Assembly: GCA_026645875.1 (NCBI GenBank)
Contig: JAPKMQ010000001.1
Span: forward strand, 1 to 59,466
Length of the DNA: 59,466 nt
Direction: 5' to 3'
Source: Longilinea sp.
Lineage (GTDB): Bacteria > Chloroflexota > Anaerolineae > Anaerolineales > Anaerolineaceae
In this document: positions 8,725 through 19,458 of the stretch, in pieces
Numbering within the stretch: the stretch's first letter is position 1
Layout of the letters: each line of letters begins with the position of its first letter
The notes under the pieces: model-generated
The model's database searches: none
What the model was told of the DNA's origin: nothing
The model's input: only the letters and a program-made list of their open reading frames with translations
Made by a program: the position numbers and the translations under genes

Positions 8725-9114
8725 ATGCCGGCCTACGAATACCGCTGCCTGGATTGCCGAAAACGCTTTGAGGTATTTCTCAAATTTTCCGAATACGGCG
8801 TGAAGAAGGTCGTCTGCCCGCACTGCCAGAGTGAGAATATTCAACGCCGCATCGGCAAAGTGCGTGTGGCGCGCTCGGATGAAAGCCGCCTGTCCAACCT
8901 GGCCGATCCATCCAACCTGGCCGGCCTGGATGAAGATCCACGCGCGCTGGGCCGGATGATGCGTGAAATGAGCCGCGAGGTCGGCGAGGACATGGGCGGC
9001 GAGTTCGACGAGGTGGTTTCGCGGCTGGAATCGGGTCAGGATCCGGAGCAAATCGAGCGCGAATTGCCCGACCTGGGATCCGATTCTCCCGCCGGGATGG
9101 ACGATGGTTTTTAA
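8725..9114 (+). CDS. FmdB-family zinc-ribbon protein
   Basis: MPAYEYRCLDC...CPHC. GGAGG SD before ATG 8725. Confidence 0.85.
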   Translation: MPAYEYRCLDCRKRFEVFLKFSEYGVKKVVCPHCQSENIQRRIGKVRVARSDESRLSNLADPSNLAGLDEDPRALGRMMREMSREVGEDMGGEFDEVVSRLESGQDPEQIERELPDLGSDSPAGMDDGF

Positions 9115-10382
9115 TCTAACCCGGTCAGAGCTTTGAGCTTCTCAAAGGAGGTCAACCAGGAAATTCGGTTGAGGAATTCGGCCAGCGTATCCGCATCGGT
9201 GCGCAGCTTGCGCACTGCCGGGCCCACCGGGTCGCGTCCGGCGGCGCCCACGGGTGCATCGGCGTATGCGCCGTGAAAAGCGAAATAGGCCTGATTCAGG
9301 CGGCGGATCTGGTAGCCGTTTTCCCAGAAGAAGCGCCGGCGCAACTCCATATATTGCTCAGCTTCCTCGATTTTGCCCTCAGCCAGCAGAGCGTCCACCT
9401 GCAGGCGCGTGGTGTGCATCTCGGCGCGGTAATCAAAACTTTGCACGGTTTGCCGGTTGGTTTGCATCCAGGCGGGCGGCGCGATCCGCTCGACATAGCC
9501 GAGGGCGGGCAGTTGGTCGGGGTAGTAGGTTCGCATCACGCCCCGACCCACTTCGCCGCCAACAATGGATGCGGTGGTTTCGTTCATGGTGCGCAGCTCG
9601 CCGCTGGTGGAATAATTCCAACCCAGTGGCCGGAAATCCAGGTAGTTGTGCGTCCACTCGTGGACAATGGTATCGCTGAGCCAGCCGAGATTGGATGAGG
9701 ACGCCACCATGGGCGGATACGTGCCCAAGCCGCCGATTTCCACCACCAACGCCGAAACGCCCAGATCCTTTTCCACGCGCCGCTCCAGCGCGGTGACCTG
9801 CTCCAGGGTCAAATCCGGCAGCAATGTCACAATCGCATCCTGGCGGATGGCGTCGCGCGGCGAAACGATCAATGCCAGCGGCAACGGCGTGACGTGGTAA
9901 ATCAGCGGAGGCAGGGTTTGCCCGCCCAGCGTCAGCCCTACCGCGGCCAACGCCTGGCTGGCCTGCGCCTGCAAAATCGATTCGCAAACTGGCTCCAGTC
10001 CCCGCCGGCGCTCCTGCAGGCCCTCCTGCTTCACCACCAGCTCGTGTGCGCTGGTTTGCGGATCGCTGATTTGCGGGTCGGCGTAGATCTGTTCGATCTC
10101 GCGTTGGGTCTGGTTCAATTCATCGATCAAAGCCATGCATGCCTGCACGGCGGCAGCCTGGTCTTCAGCGGAAAGGTACTTTTGCGGCGCCAATGCGCTC
10201 TGCTTCACCTTCAGGAAGATCGCGTCCCATTCCCAGGCCGCGTAGTCGAACTCCAGCCCGCGCGCATAGCCGAGCACGCGCTCGCTGAAGCTGGCAGGCA
10301 CGTACACGCTGTTGGACAGCATTAGAATGCACACCACGGCGGCGTACAGGATGAGCGGGATAATGCGCAGGACGGCTCTCAT
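9111..10382 (-). CDS. Membrane-anchored hypothetical protein, putative gluzincin metallopeptidase
   Basis: N-terminal hydrophobic helix; HEWTH followed by NETTA. Confidence 0.6.
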   Translation of the reverse strand: MRAVLRIIPLILYAAVVCILMLSNSVYVPASFSERVLGYARGLEFDYAAWEWDAIFLKVKQSALAPQKYLSAEDQAAAVQACMALIDELNQTQREIEQIYADPQISDPQTSAHELVVKQEGLQERRRGLEPVCESILQAQASQALAAVGLTLGGQTLPPLIYHVTPLPLALIVSPRDAIRQDAIVTLLPDLTLEQVTALERRVEKDLGVSALVVEIGGLGTYPPMVASSSNLGWLSDTIVHEWTHNYLDFRPLGWNYSTSGELRTMNETTASIVGGEVGRGVMRTYYPDQLPALGYVERIAPPAWMQTNRQTVQSFDYRAEMHTTRLQVDALLAEGKIEEAEQYMELRRRFFWENGYQIRRLNQAYFAFHGAYADAPVGAAGRDPVGPAVRKLRTDADTLAEFLNRISWLTSFEKLKALTGLD

Positions 10383-10519
10383 GAGAAACAGATTATAACC
10401 TTATGCAACAATGGCAGGAAAGGATCGTCTGGTGTTATGATATCGATAATTGATGAAGTCAACCTTAAGAAAAGCGCTTGCTTTGCTTTGAAATGCATAC
10501 CGGGAAGGGATTTGCCAGC

Positions 10520-11929
10520 ATGAAACGCAGAACTGTTATCACGCTCCTCATCATCGCCGCACTTGCTGTGGGGGGATTTTTAATTTATCGCAGCACCAGC
10601 AATGCCCGAGCTGCCGCGGCTCAGGATTATCAAACCGCCCCGATCGAACGCGGGAACCTGACCGCGATCGTCGGCGCGACCGGCACGGTGCATGCCAACC
10701 AGACCACCGTGCTGACCTGGCAAACCAGCGGACAGGTTGACTCCGTTCTTGTCAAACTGGATGATAAAGTCAAGGTGGATCAGGCCCTGGCTTCCCTTTC
10801 CAAAGACTCGTTATCCCAAAGCATCATCCTGGCGGAAGCCGACCTGGTAAACGCGCAGCGAGCGCTGCAAGAGCTGAAAAACTCCACCAGTTCCGCTGCT
10901 CAAGCAGAGCTGGCACTTTTGAAAGCCCAGACCGCGCTGGAGGATGCACAGAAAAACCGGACGCGCAAGGAATACGCGCGCGCTTCGTCTGACACGATCG
11001 CCGCGGCCCGCGCCAGCTACTACCTGGCCGAAGATAAAGTCAAGGAAGCCGAGGCGTATTTCGACCGGTTCAGCAGCAAGCCTGAGGACGACCCCGGCCG
11101 TGCCAACGCGCTCACCCTGCTGGCCGGCGCCAAGCGCGACCGCGACCGTGCCCTGGCCAATCTGAACTGGCTGACCGGCATGCCCGATTCGGAGGAAGTG
11201 GCGCTGGCCGACGCGCAAATCCGGGTAGCCGAGGCGCAGCTCGCGGATGCCCAGCGCGAATACGACCGTCTGAAGGACGGCCCAGACCCGGCCGACGTCA
11301 CCGCCGCCGAGGCGCGCGTGGCTGCTTTGCAGGCCACCATTAACCTGTCCCGGCTCCAGGCGCCCTTTGCCGGAACAATCACCGACTTAAAAATCCAAAC
11401 CGGCGACCAGGTCACCCCTGGCGTGCAGGCGATCCGAATTGACGACCTCTCCCGCCTGCTGGTGGACGTGCAGATCCCCGAAGTGGACATCAACCGCATC
11501 CGCACCGGCCAGCAAACACGCCTGACGTTCGACGGCATTCTAAACAAGGAATATAACGGCATCGTCACCGGCGTCGGCCGCGTGGGCAACGCGGTCCAGG
11601 GCACGGTCAATTTCACCGTCACCATCGAACTGACCGACGCGGATGAACTCGTCCGCCCGGGCATGACCGCCGCTGTCAATATCATCGTCGAGCAACTCGA
11701 GAACGTCCTCATGGTTCCCAACCGCGCGGTGCGCCTGCTGGAAGGCGAGCGCGTGGTGTACCTGTTGGTCAACGGCCAACCCCAGGCAACCAACATCACC
11801 ATCGGCGCAACCGCCGATACGCACAGTGAAGTGGTTGGAGGAGAAGTCAAGGAAGGCGATACGGTCATTCTCAACCCGCCCAGCACATTCTTCACCGGCG
11901 GCCCGGCCGGATTCATGGGTGGGCGATGA
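10520..11929 (+). CDS. MacA/YknX-like efflux adaptor subunit
   Basis: N-terminal TM, long coiled coil, APFAGTI lipoyl half, IPEVDI, RPGMTA. Confidence 0.88.
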   Translation: MKRRTVITLLIIAALAVGGFLIYRSTSNARAAAAQDYQTAPIERGNLTAIVGATGTVHANQTTVLTWQTSGQVDSVLVKLDDKVKVDQALASLSKDSLSQSIILAEADLVNAQRALQELKNSTSSAAQAELALLKAQTALEDAQKNRTRKEYARASSDTIAAARASYYLAEDKVKEAEAYFDRFSSKPEDDPGRANALTLLAGAKRDRDRALANLNWLTGMPDSEEVALADAQIRVAEAQLADAQREYDRLKDGPDPADVTAAEARVAALQATINLSRLQAPFAGTITDLKIQTGDQVTPGVQAIRIDDLSRLLVDVQIPEVDINRIRTGQQTRLTFDGILNKEYNGIVTGVGRVGNAVQGTVNFTVTIELTDADELVRPGMTAAVNIIVEQLENVLMVPNRAVRLLEGERVVYLLVNGQPQATNITIGATADTHSEVVGGEVKEGDTVILNPPSTFFTGGPAGFMGGR

Positions 11930-12621
11930 GCGCGCCGGATGCCGTTATCCGGGCAGTCGAGCTGACCAAGACCTACCGTATGGGCGAGGTCGACGTCCAC
12001 GCGCTGAACGGTGCATCACTGGAGATTTACCGCGGCGAAGTGGTCGCCATCACCGGACCGTCTGGATCGGGCAAATCGACCATGATGAACATCCTGGGCT
12101 GCCTGGACCGCCCCACCAGCGGCGAATACTACCTGGACGGCGAACTGGTTTCCAGCCTGAACGACGATCAACTGGCCAGCGTGCGCAACCGTAAAGTGGG
12201 CTTTGTCTTCCAGAGCTTCAACCTGCTTTCGCGCACCACCGCGCTTGCCAATGTTGAACTGCCGCTGCGCTACGCGGGCATCACCAAAGGCCGCACCGAC
12301 CGCGCCCGCCAGGCGCTTGTCGCGGTGGGGTTGGCCAACCGCATTCACCACCGCCCCACCGAATTGTCCGGCGGCCAGCAGCAGCGTGTGGCCATCGCGC
12401 GCGCACTGGTTAATGACCCGGCCATGCTGCTTGCCGATGAACCCACCGGCAACCTGGATTCACATTCCGGCAAAGAGATCATGGAGTTGATCCTGACCCT
12501 CAATAAAGAGCGCGGCACCACCATCATCATCGTCACACACGACCCCGCCATCGCCGCGCAAACGCAGCGCACCATCCGCATCATGGACGGCAAGGTCGAA
12601 CAGCCGGAGGCAGCCCGATGA
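11926..12621 (+). CDS. ABC transporter ATP-binding protein, MacB/LolD-like
   Basis: [33 protein letters not shown]. Confidence 0.95.
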   Translation: MSAPDAVIRAVELTKTYRMGEVDVHALNGASLEIYRGEVVAITGPSGSGKSTMMNILGCLDRPTSGEYYLDGELVSSLNDDQLASVRNRKVGFVFQSFNLLSRTTALANVELPLRYAGITKGRTDRARQALVAVGLANRIHHRPTELSGGQQQRVAIARALVNDPAMLLADEPTGNLDSHSGKEIMELILTLNKERGTTIIIVTHDPAIAAQTQRTIRIMDGKVEQPEAAR

Positions 12622-13844
12622 ACTTTACCCAGGCCATCCGGGAAGCCATCGAAAGCCTGAGCGCCAACAAGATGCGCTCAGGGTTAACCATGCTGGGCAT
12701 CATCATCGGCGTCGCTGCGGTCATTGCCATGCTGGCGGTGGGCGCTGGCGCGCAGAATTCCATCACCGGCTCCATCAGCGGCATCGGCTCCAACCTGTTG
12801 TTCGTCTTCTCGGGTAACATGCAGGAGCAGGTACGCAACGAAAAACCGTTGACGATGGATGACGCCAATGCCATCGCTGACCCATTCCAGGCGCCCTCGG
12901 TTGCGGCCGTCGCCCCGGTGGTGCAGGGCAACGCCGAAGTTACTTTTGCCGGTGAAACAGCCAACACCAGCATCATGGGCGTCACGCCCGATTATCAGTT
13001 GGTGCGCAATTACGAATTGACCGAAGGCGTGTTTATCAGCGAAGACGATATGCTGGCGCGCGCGTCGGTGGCCGTGCTGGGCCCCGACCTGGCCGACAAA
13101 CTGTTCGGCCGCCGCGACGGCATTGTGGGCGAGATCATCCGCGTCGAAGGTCAACCCTTCCGCGTGATCGGCCTGCTGCAATCGAAAGGCGGCAGCACCT
13201 TTGGCAGCCAGGATGACGTGCTGCTTGCGCCGATGACCACCACCACGGCCCGGTTGATCCGGCGCACGCGCGAACGCATCGATGTGATCTACGTCCAGGC
13301 CGTCAATGCCGACCAGGTGTCGCAGGCCAGCGAGGAAGTGGCCGAAGTGCTGCGCCAACGCCACCGCACGCTGCTTGGCGAGGACGACTTTACCGTGTTC
13401 AGCCAGCAGGACTTTGTCGCCACCGCGCAAACCATCACCAATGTGCTGACCATCTTCCTGGGCGGCATTGCCGCCATCTCGCTTCTGGTGGGCGGCATCG
13501 GCATCATGAACATCATGCTGGTCTCAGTCACTGAGCGCACCCGTGAAATTGGCCTCCGCAAAGCCATCGGCGCCCGGCGGCGCGACATCCTCATCCAGTT
13601 CCTGACCGAATCGTCGCTGCTCAGCCTGTTTGGCGGCCTGATCGGCATAGGCCTGGGTTACCTGATCGCTTTCATCGTCGGGCGCGTGGCGGCAGCCAGC
13701 GGAACCCCTTTCGTTCCGCAGGTCAGCCTGGATGCCATTCTGTTGGCGACCCTGTTTTCCACCGCGGTCGGCCTGTTCTTTGGCCTCTACCCGGCCAACC
13801 GCGCCGCGGGACTGGAGCCGGTGGAAGCGCTGCGCTACGAATAA
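12618..13844 (+). CDS. MacB/FtsX-family ABC permease
   Basis: [38 protein letters not shown]. Confidence 0.95.
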   Translation: MNFTQAIREAIESLSANKMRSGLTMLGIIIGVAAVIAMLAVGAGAQNSITGSISGIGSNLLFVFSGNMQEQVRNEKPLTMDDANAIADPFQAPSVAAVAPVVQGNAEVTFAGETANTSIMGVTPDYQLVRNYELTEGVFISEDDMLARASVAVLGPDLADKLFGRRDGIVGEIIRVEGQPFRVIGLLQSKGGSTFGSQDDVLLAPMTTTTARLIRRTRERIDVIYVQAVNADQVSQASEEVAEVLRQRHRTLLGEDDFTVFSQQDFVATAQTITNVLTIFLGGIAAISLLVGGIGIMNIMLVSVTERTREIGLRKAIGARRRDILIQFLTESSLLSLFGGLIGIGLGYLIAFIVGRVAAASGTPFVPQVSLDAILLATLFSTAVGLFFGLYPANRAAGLEPVEALRYE

Positions 13845-13941
13845 CCCGCCAGAATCCGGCGGCTTACTCACTTTCGGCATGGAATAAACTCACTTGAAAA
13901 AGTGACGAAGGATATGGCACAATAGAATCATCGGAGGCATC

Positions 13942-14481
13942 ATGAGGCTTTCGGTAGGTGCGGACGAACGCAAACCCGTCGTGGATGCGGTCATCAAACT
14001 GCTCAAACGCGATGGTCACCGGGTGGTTTTCTACGGCCCATCCGGGCGGGGCAGCGTACCCTGGCCTGAAGTGGCGGCCTGCGTGGCGCATGACATCGCG
14101 GGCGGCGGCGCTGACGAGGGCATCCTGTTCTGTTGGACGGGCACCGGCGTCAGCATTGCAGCCAATAAAGTGCCGGGCATCCGCGCAGCCCTGTGCGGCG
14201 ACGCCGAAACGGCCAGCGGCGCGCGCAAATGGAATGATGCCAACCTGCTCTGCCTTTCGCTGCGCACAACCACCGAGGCGCTGGCCCAAGAGATCCTCAA
14301 AGCCTGGTTCACCACCCGGTATCAATCCACCCCGGAAGATGAAGCCTGCCTGGCTGCCGTGCGGAGGCTGGAATATGAAACCAGCCACCCCGACGAAAAA
14401 CCCAAAACACGTTGTCATGGGGAAGGTTCCCCACAAGAAACCGAAACCATTTCGAAGAATAATAAGGAGACCGAGGAATGA
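13942..14481 (+). CDS. rpiB: RpiB/LacA/LacB family sugar-phosphate isomerase
   Basis: GILFCWTGTGVSIAANKVPGIRAA, NDAN. Confidence 0.8.
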   Translation: MRLSVGADERKPVVDAVIKLLKRDGHRVVFYGPSGRGSVPWPEVAACVAHDIAGGGADEGILFCWTGTGVSIAANKVPGIRAALCGDAETASGARKWNDANLLCLSLRTTTEALAQEILKAWFTTRYQSTPEDEACLAAVRRLEYETSHPDEKPKTRCHGEGSPQETETISKNNKETEE

Positions 14482-15419
14482 GTGCTTGGAAGGTCCTGCT
14501 GACAGATGGTCTGGAAGAAAACGGGCAAGCAATTTTGCGCGCCTCGGCGGAAGTGGCCGATAAGACTGGCATTTCGGCCGACGATTTGCTGCAAATTGTC
14601 GGGGAATATGATGCCTTGATCGTGCGGGGGCGCACCAAGGTCACCCCGGCGGTTTTTGCCGCCGCCAAGAATCTCAAGGTTGTTGGCCGCGCCGGCGTGG
14701 GCGTCGACAACATCGACCTGAAAGCCGCCAAGGAAGCCGGTGTAACGGTGGTCAATTCACCGTTGGCCACCAGTGTCTCGGTGGCTGAACTGACCCTCGG
14801 ATTGATGCTTTCGGTCATGCGCGACATTCCCCGGGCCGACGCCACCATGAAGGCCGGCAAGTGGCTCAAGAAGGAATTTGAGGGTGGCGAGCTCTTCAAG
14901 AAGACCCTGGGCGTGATCGGCTTTGGACGCATCGGCGTCGCCGTGGCGGATCGCGCCAAGGCGTTCGACATGGAAGTCCTCGGATACGACCCGTTGATCC
15001 CCGCGGATGAGATTCAAAAACGCGGCGGCATCCCCGTCACCTTCGATGAACTGCTGGCCAAATCCGACGTCATCACCATGCACATTCCGCTCACCGCCGA
15101 ATCCCGCGGCATGCTCAATGCGGATGCCTTTGCGAAGATGAAGGACGGCGTGCGCATCGTTTGCGCGGCGCGCGGCGGCGTCATTGACGAGGAAGCCCTG
15201 CTTCAAGCGCTGGAGTCCGGCAAGGTAGCCGCCGCCGGCCTGGATGTCTTTGTGGCTGAACCGCCCGGCCTCACCCCGCTGGTCAGCCATCCGCGCGTCA
15301 TCTGCACGCCGCACATCGGCGCGCAGACTGGGGAAGCCCAGGGCCGTGCAGCCTATGATATTGCCACCGAAGTGATCGCCGGCTTGAAGGGCGAACCGCT
15401 GCGCTGGAAAGTGGCCTGA
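14478..15419 (+). CDS. serA: D-3-phosphoglycerate/D-2-hydroxyacid dehydrogenase, short form without ACT domain
   Basis: RAGVGVDNID, GFGRIG, catalytic ARGG, DVF..EP and PHIGA. Confidence 0.8.
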   Translation: MSAWKVLLTDGLEENGQAILRASAEVADKTGISADDLLQIVGEYDALIVRGRTKVTPAVFAAAKNLKVVGRAGVGVDNIDLKAAKEAGVTVVNSPLATSVSVAELTLGLMLSVMRDIPRADATMKAGKWLKKEFEGGELFKKTLGVIGFGRIGVAVADRAKAFDMEVLGYDPLIPADEIQKRGGIPVTFDELLAKSDVITMHIPLTAESRGMLNADAFAKMKDGVRIVCAARGGVIDEEALLQALESGKVAAAGLDVFVAEPPGLTPLVSHPRVICTPHIGAQTGEAQGRAAYDIATEVIAGLKGEPLRWKVA

Positions 15420-15441
15420 TATTCACCTGGCAGGTAGAAAG

Positions 15442-15466
15442 ACGGGCGGCCGCTGGCCGCCCGTTT
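15442..15466 (+). terminator. Putative intrinsic terminator
   Basis: ACGGGCGGCC-gct-GGCCGCCCGT followed by a short T run. Confidence 0.55.
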
Positions 15467-15598
15467 GCATTCTAACAGGCTGCACGCACAATCGGTTTGC
15501 AATGAACGGTGGTATTGGAATACAATAGTCCTCATCCCGGATGTTGTGGTTTCTGCCGCAAGGGAATACAGTCATTACACCTACAAGGATCGCGCTCG

Positions 15599-17101
15599 AT
15601 GCAACCGAAAATTGACCAGTTGAAGCGTATCTTGAATGAAGTTGCCGACCTGTCGGCTGCCGCCAGCGTGTTAAGCTGGGACCAGCAGACTTACATGCCC
15701 GAAGGCGGCGCGGAAGACCGCGGCGACGCCCTGGCCACCCTCTCCGAACTGGCGCACAAGCGTTTCACCTCGGAGGAAACCGGCCGGCTGCTCGATGACC
15801 TTACCAGCCAGGTGAACCAGCTCAATCCCGACTCAGATGATGCCCGCTTGATCAGGGTCACCCGCCACAATTACGACAAAGATACACGTGTGCCCTCTGA
15901 AAAAGTGGCCGAATTTGCGCGCGTCACCACCGTGGCGCAAGGCGTGTGGGCACGCGCCCGCGCGGAGAACAACTTCGGTCTTTTCCTGCCGCACCTGCAA
16001 AAAATCATCGAATTGCGCCGCGGTTACGCTTCCCTGTTTGCGCCCTTTGACCATGTCTACGACCCGCTGCTGGATGATTACGAACCCGGCCTGAAGACAG
16101 CTGACGTGCAAGCCATTTTCCACGCATTGCGCCCGCAGCAGGTCGCGCTCATCCAGGCCATTCAGGCACGCCCGCAGGTCAACGACGATTTCATGCGCCA
16201 GCACTACGACGAAGAAAAACAGTGGCATTTCGGCGTGGAGGTGATCACACGTTTCGGTTACGACTGGAAACGCGGCCGCCAGGACCGCTCTGCGCATCCT
16301 TTCACCATCTCCTTCGGCAGCGGCGACGTGCGCATCACCACCCGGTTCGATACCGAACGCGGCGGCTCGGCGCTCTTCAGCAGCATGCACGAATGCGGCC
16401 ATGCCCTCTACGAGCAGGGCGTCAATCCGGCATACCGCCGCACCCCGCTCACACGCGGCGCGTCGATGGCCATTCACGAATCCCAATCGCGCCTGTGGGA
16501 AAACCTGGTGGGACGCTCGCTACCCTTCTGGAAATATTTCTACCCAAAATTCAAGCAAAGCTTCCCGGAAGTGCTGGGCAACCTGGATTTGATGGACTTC
16601 TACCGCGGCATCAACAAAGTGGAGCCCTCACTCATACGCACCCAATCCGATGAAGCCACCTACAATCTGCACATCATGCTGAGGCTGGAGCTGGAAATTG
16701 CAATGATGGAGGGCAGCCTGGAAGCCAAAGACCTGCCCGAGATCTGGAACGCACGGATGCGCGATTACCTGGGCATCACGCCGCCCAACAATAAGACCGG
16801 CGTCTTGCAGGACGTGCACTGGTCCGCCGGCATGTTCGGGTACTTCCCCACCTATGCGCTCGGTAACCTGGTTTCTGTGCAATTATGGGAGTGCATCCGC
16901 CGAGATTTGCCCGACCTGGATACGCAAATCGAACATGGCGACTTCAACGCGCTGTTAGCCTGGCTGCGCCGTAATGTGCATGTTCACGGCTCCAAGTTTG
17001 AGCCGCAGGAGCTGGTACAGCGCGTGACCGGCTCTAAAATTGACCCGCAGCCGTACATGCGCTACCTTCAGGCCAAGTACGGGGAAATTTACGGACTTTA
17101 G
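15599..17101 (+). CDS. Carboxypeptidase, family M32
   Basis: HPF, DVRITT, HECGH, HESQS, LQDVHW, GYFPTY. Start at ATG 15599. Confidence 0.95.
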   Translation: MQPKIDQLKRILNEVADLSAAASVLSWDQQTYMPEGGAEDRGDALATLSELAHKRFTSEETGRLLDDLTSQVNQLNPDSDDARLIRVTRHNYDKDTRVPSEKVAEFARVTTVAQGVWARARAENNFGLFLPHLQKIIELRRGYASLFAPFDHVYDPLLDDYEPGLKTADVQAIFHALRPQQVALIQAIQARPQVNDDFMRQHYDEEKQWHFGVEVITRFGYDWKRGRQDRSAHPFTISFGSGDVRITTRFDTERGGSALFSSMHECGHALYEQGVNPAYRRTPLTRGASMAIHESQSRLWENLVGRSLPFWKYFYPKFKQSFPEVLGNLDLMDFYRGINKVEPSLIRTQSDEATYNLHIMLRLELEIAMMEGSLEAKDLPEIWNARMRDYLGITPPNNKTGVLQDVHWSAGMFGYFPTYALGNLVSVQLWECIRRDLPDLDTQIEHGDFNALLAWLRRNVHVHGSKFEPQELVQRVTGSKIDPQPYMRYLQAKYGEIYGL

Positions 17102-17119
17102 CAGGACCAACAACACACA

Positions 17120-17494
17120 ATGACCCTGATTTTGTTCGTCGACGATGACCTTCTGGCGCTGCACCTGATGGAAAAAGCATCGCAACTGCTCGGCTACCAG
17201 CCGCTGACTTGCGATTCGCCCATCCAGGCGGTCTCATTGGCCGCCGAAGAGCAACCGGATGTCATCGTGGTGGATATGAACATGCACGAAATGAGCGGCG
17301 TTTCCCTGATCCGTGCGCTGCGCAATCAGAAAGCCACCAGCCGCATCCCAATCATTGTCTTGTCGGCCACCGACGCCGACCAGGGCATCTCGCCTTCCAC
17401 CGCGGCCGGGGCCAACGGCTACCTTTCCAAACCGGTCGATTTTGACGAACTGAGCGCCACAATCGACCGCGTCCTGATGGCTCAGAAGCGATGA
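17120..17494 (+). CDS. Single-domain CheY-like response regulator
   Basis: VDDD, phosphoacceptor D in VVDMNM, LSA, KP. Confidence 0.88.
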   Translation: MTLILFVDDDLLALHLMEKASQLLGYQPLTCDSPIQAVSLAAEEQPDVIVVDMNMHEMSGVSLIRALRNQKATSRIPIIVLSATDADQGISPSTAAGANGYLSKPVDFDELSATIDRVLMAQKR

Positions 17495-18360
17495 AATTCG
17501 GTGTTGTGCTTCCCAGCTACGGCGCGCAATCTGGCCGCCTGGCGGCGGTGGATACCACCCTGGCGGCGGAAAGCCTGGGGTATGATTCAGCCTGGACGAC
17601 CGACCACCTGGCGCTTCCACAGGCCGATGCCGCCCGTTTTTCGCCGCTGCTCGAAGCTGTCACCACCCTGGCTTACCTGGCCGGGTTGACCCAACGGGTC
17701 CGCCTGGGCATCTCGGCACTAGTGCTGCCGCAGCGCAACCCGGTTGAAGTTGCCAGGCAGATCGCCACGCTGGACGTGCTTTCCGGCGGGCGGGTCATGC
17801 TGGCGTGTGGGGTGGGCTGGTCGCGCGGCGAATACCAGGCGCTGGGCAGCGATTTTACCAACCGCGGTAAACGGATGGATGAAGCCCTCAAGGTGCTGCG
17901 CACGCTGTGGCGCGGCACGCGCACGGCTTCCTTCCAGGGGAAGTATTACCAGTTCGCGGATGTCGATTTTGCCCCCGCACCCATCCAGCCCGGCGGCCCG
18001 CCCCTGTGGGTGGCTGGCGATTCCGAGGTCACCGTCCGCCGCGCCATGCTGCTGGGCGACGGCTGGCACCCCAACCATACCGATGCCGAAACCCTGGCGC
18101 GCCTGCTGCAACCCGCACGCCCGTTCCTGGCAGCCGGGCGGCCGTTCACGGTTTGCCTGCGCCTGGGCTTGCGCTTCGGCGACGTCGCGGAAGCGGGCAC
18201 GGCGTTGAGCGGCTCGCCCGCCCAGGTCGCCGGACAATTGCGCGCGCTGCGCGACGCCGGCATGAACTACGCGCTCATACATTTCAAGGTACAATCACAG
18301 GCGGAACGCGAACGCGCCATGCGCACGCTGATGGAACAGGTGGCCCCGGAAGTTGCATAA
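17491..18360 (+). CDS. LLM-class flavin-dependent oxidoreductase, probably F420-dependent
   Basis: AESLGYDSAWTTDH, ATLDVLSGGR, GVGW..EY..LG, GDGW. Confidence 0.82.
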   Translation: MKFGVVLPSYGAQSGRLAAVDTTLAAESLGYDSAWTTDHLALPQADAARFSPLLEAVTTLAYLAGLTQRVRLGISALVLPQRNPVEVARQIATLDVLSGGRVMLACGVGWSRGEYQALGSDFTNRGKRMDEALKVLRTLWRGTRTASFQGKYYQFADVDFAPAPIQPGGPPLWVAGDSEVTVRRAMLLGDGWHPNHTDAETLARLLQPARPFLAAGRPFTVCLRLGLRFGDVAEAGTALSGSPAQVAGQLRALRDAGMNYALIHFKVQSQAERERAMRTLMEQVAPEVA

Positions 18361-19387
18361 AAAGATGATCGTTTCCAGACGTTTTTCCAGATTCGGTTTG
18401 TGTCTCGCGGCAGCCTGTCTGCTGCTGACCGCGGGCTGTTCAGGCAGCCTGCCAGGCGCCGCGCTGCTCACACCGCCGGCCCTGCGCACCGAAATCGCCG
18501 CGCAGACAGCTGCTGCCGAAAGCCAGCCTGAACCCGTCCTTGAGACCGCCTCGCCCACCCTGCCGCTGGTAGAGGCGACCGCCGAACCATCGGCTGCCCC
18601 CAGTGACCTGCCAAAACCTTCGCAAACGTCCACGTTAGAAATCCTGCCCACCCAGGGTCCCACACCCACCAACACGCCCTGGTGGCGGCGCACTCCCACC
18701 ATCACACCCACGCCCCAACCGCTCGCGGCCACCATGCTGATCAAGCGTCCCGGGTTGTTCTCCAAGGTTAAATCGCCGCTCACCATCAGCGCCAACGCCA
18801 TGCCCGGCGCGGATGGGCTGGTGTGGGTGGAGTTGATCGGCGAAGACGGCCGCAATCTGTATCAAACCCGCCTGAATTTCTCGGCTTACGCCGGCCGCAG
18901 TATCTCCATTGCGCCGGAAATCACCTTCGAATTGCTTGCGCCGGCCGAACTGGCCCGCCTGATCGTCAGCACGCGCGACCGTTTTGGCCGCATATCCGCG
19001 CTCACATCCACCGACCTGATCCTGATGCAGATGGGCGAGGATCAAATTTACCCGGCTGGTTACGACCGCGAGCCGTACATCATCCGCGCGCCGATCGAGA
19101 AACAGATGATCAGCGGCGGCCTGCTGCAGATCACCGCGTTGGCCCGGCCGGTCAACGAAAACCCGCTGATCGTCGAATTGCTGGATGAACAGGGCGCGGT
19201 TCTGGCCAGCGAGTCGCTGGAATTGATCTTCCCGACCGGCAACCTCAGCCACACTCCCTTTGACGTCATCCTCTCCTACACCGTCAGCCAGTCCACCAAC
19301 GCCCGGCTGGTGTTCCGGCAGGAAAGCACCGGTCGCATCCCCGGGACGGTGGCCCTGACGAGCCTGGAACTGACTTTGCAGCCGTAA
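18353..19387 (+). CDS. Lipoprotein with Pro/Thr-rich linker and two probable Ig-like (Gmad2-like) domains; start may be 18365
   Basis: Lipobox LTAGC, PT-rich stretch, two VEL.xE.G repeats. Confidence 0.6.
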   Translation: MHKKMIVSRRFSRFGLCLAAACLLLTAGCSGSLPGAALLTPPALRTEIAAQTAAAESQPEPVLETASPTLPLVEATAEPSAAPSDLPKPSQTSTLEILPTQGPTPTNTPWWRRTPTITPTPQPLAATMLIKRPGLFSKVKSPLTISANAMPGADGLVWVELIGEDGRNLYQTRLNFSAYAGRSISIAPEITFELLAPAELARLIVSTRDRFGRISALTSTDLILMQMGEDQIYPAGYDREPYIIRAPIEKQMISGGLLQITALARPVNENPLIVELLDEQGAVLASESLELIFPTGNLSHTPFDVILSYTVSQSTNARLVFRQESTGRIPGTVALTSLELTLQP

Positions 19388-19414
19388 TTGCTGCGAGTTG
19401 AAAATTAAAATCAA

Positions 19415-19440
19415 GAGGACGGTCGCTATTGACCGTCCTC
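19415..19440. terminator. Hairpin between convergent genes
   Basis: GAGGACGGTC-gctatt-GACCGTCCTC, 10-bp perfect stem. Confidence 0.65.
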
Positions 19441-19458
19441 ATATGTTTCTGTGCGGGT

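Noticed and set aside
10520-13844. MacAB-like system without TolC as a novelty
   Set aside because: Adaptor, ATPase and permease sets without an outer-membrane channel are common in monoderm bacteria (YknXYZ-like).
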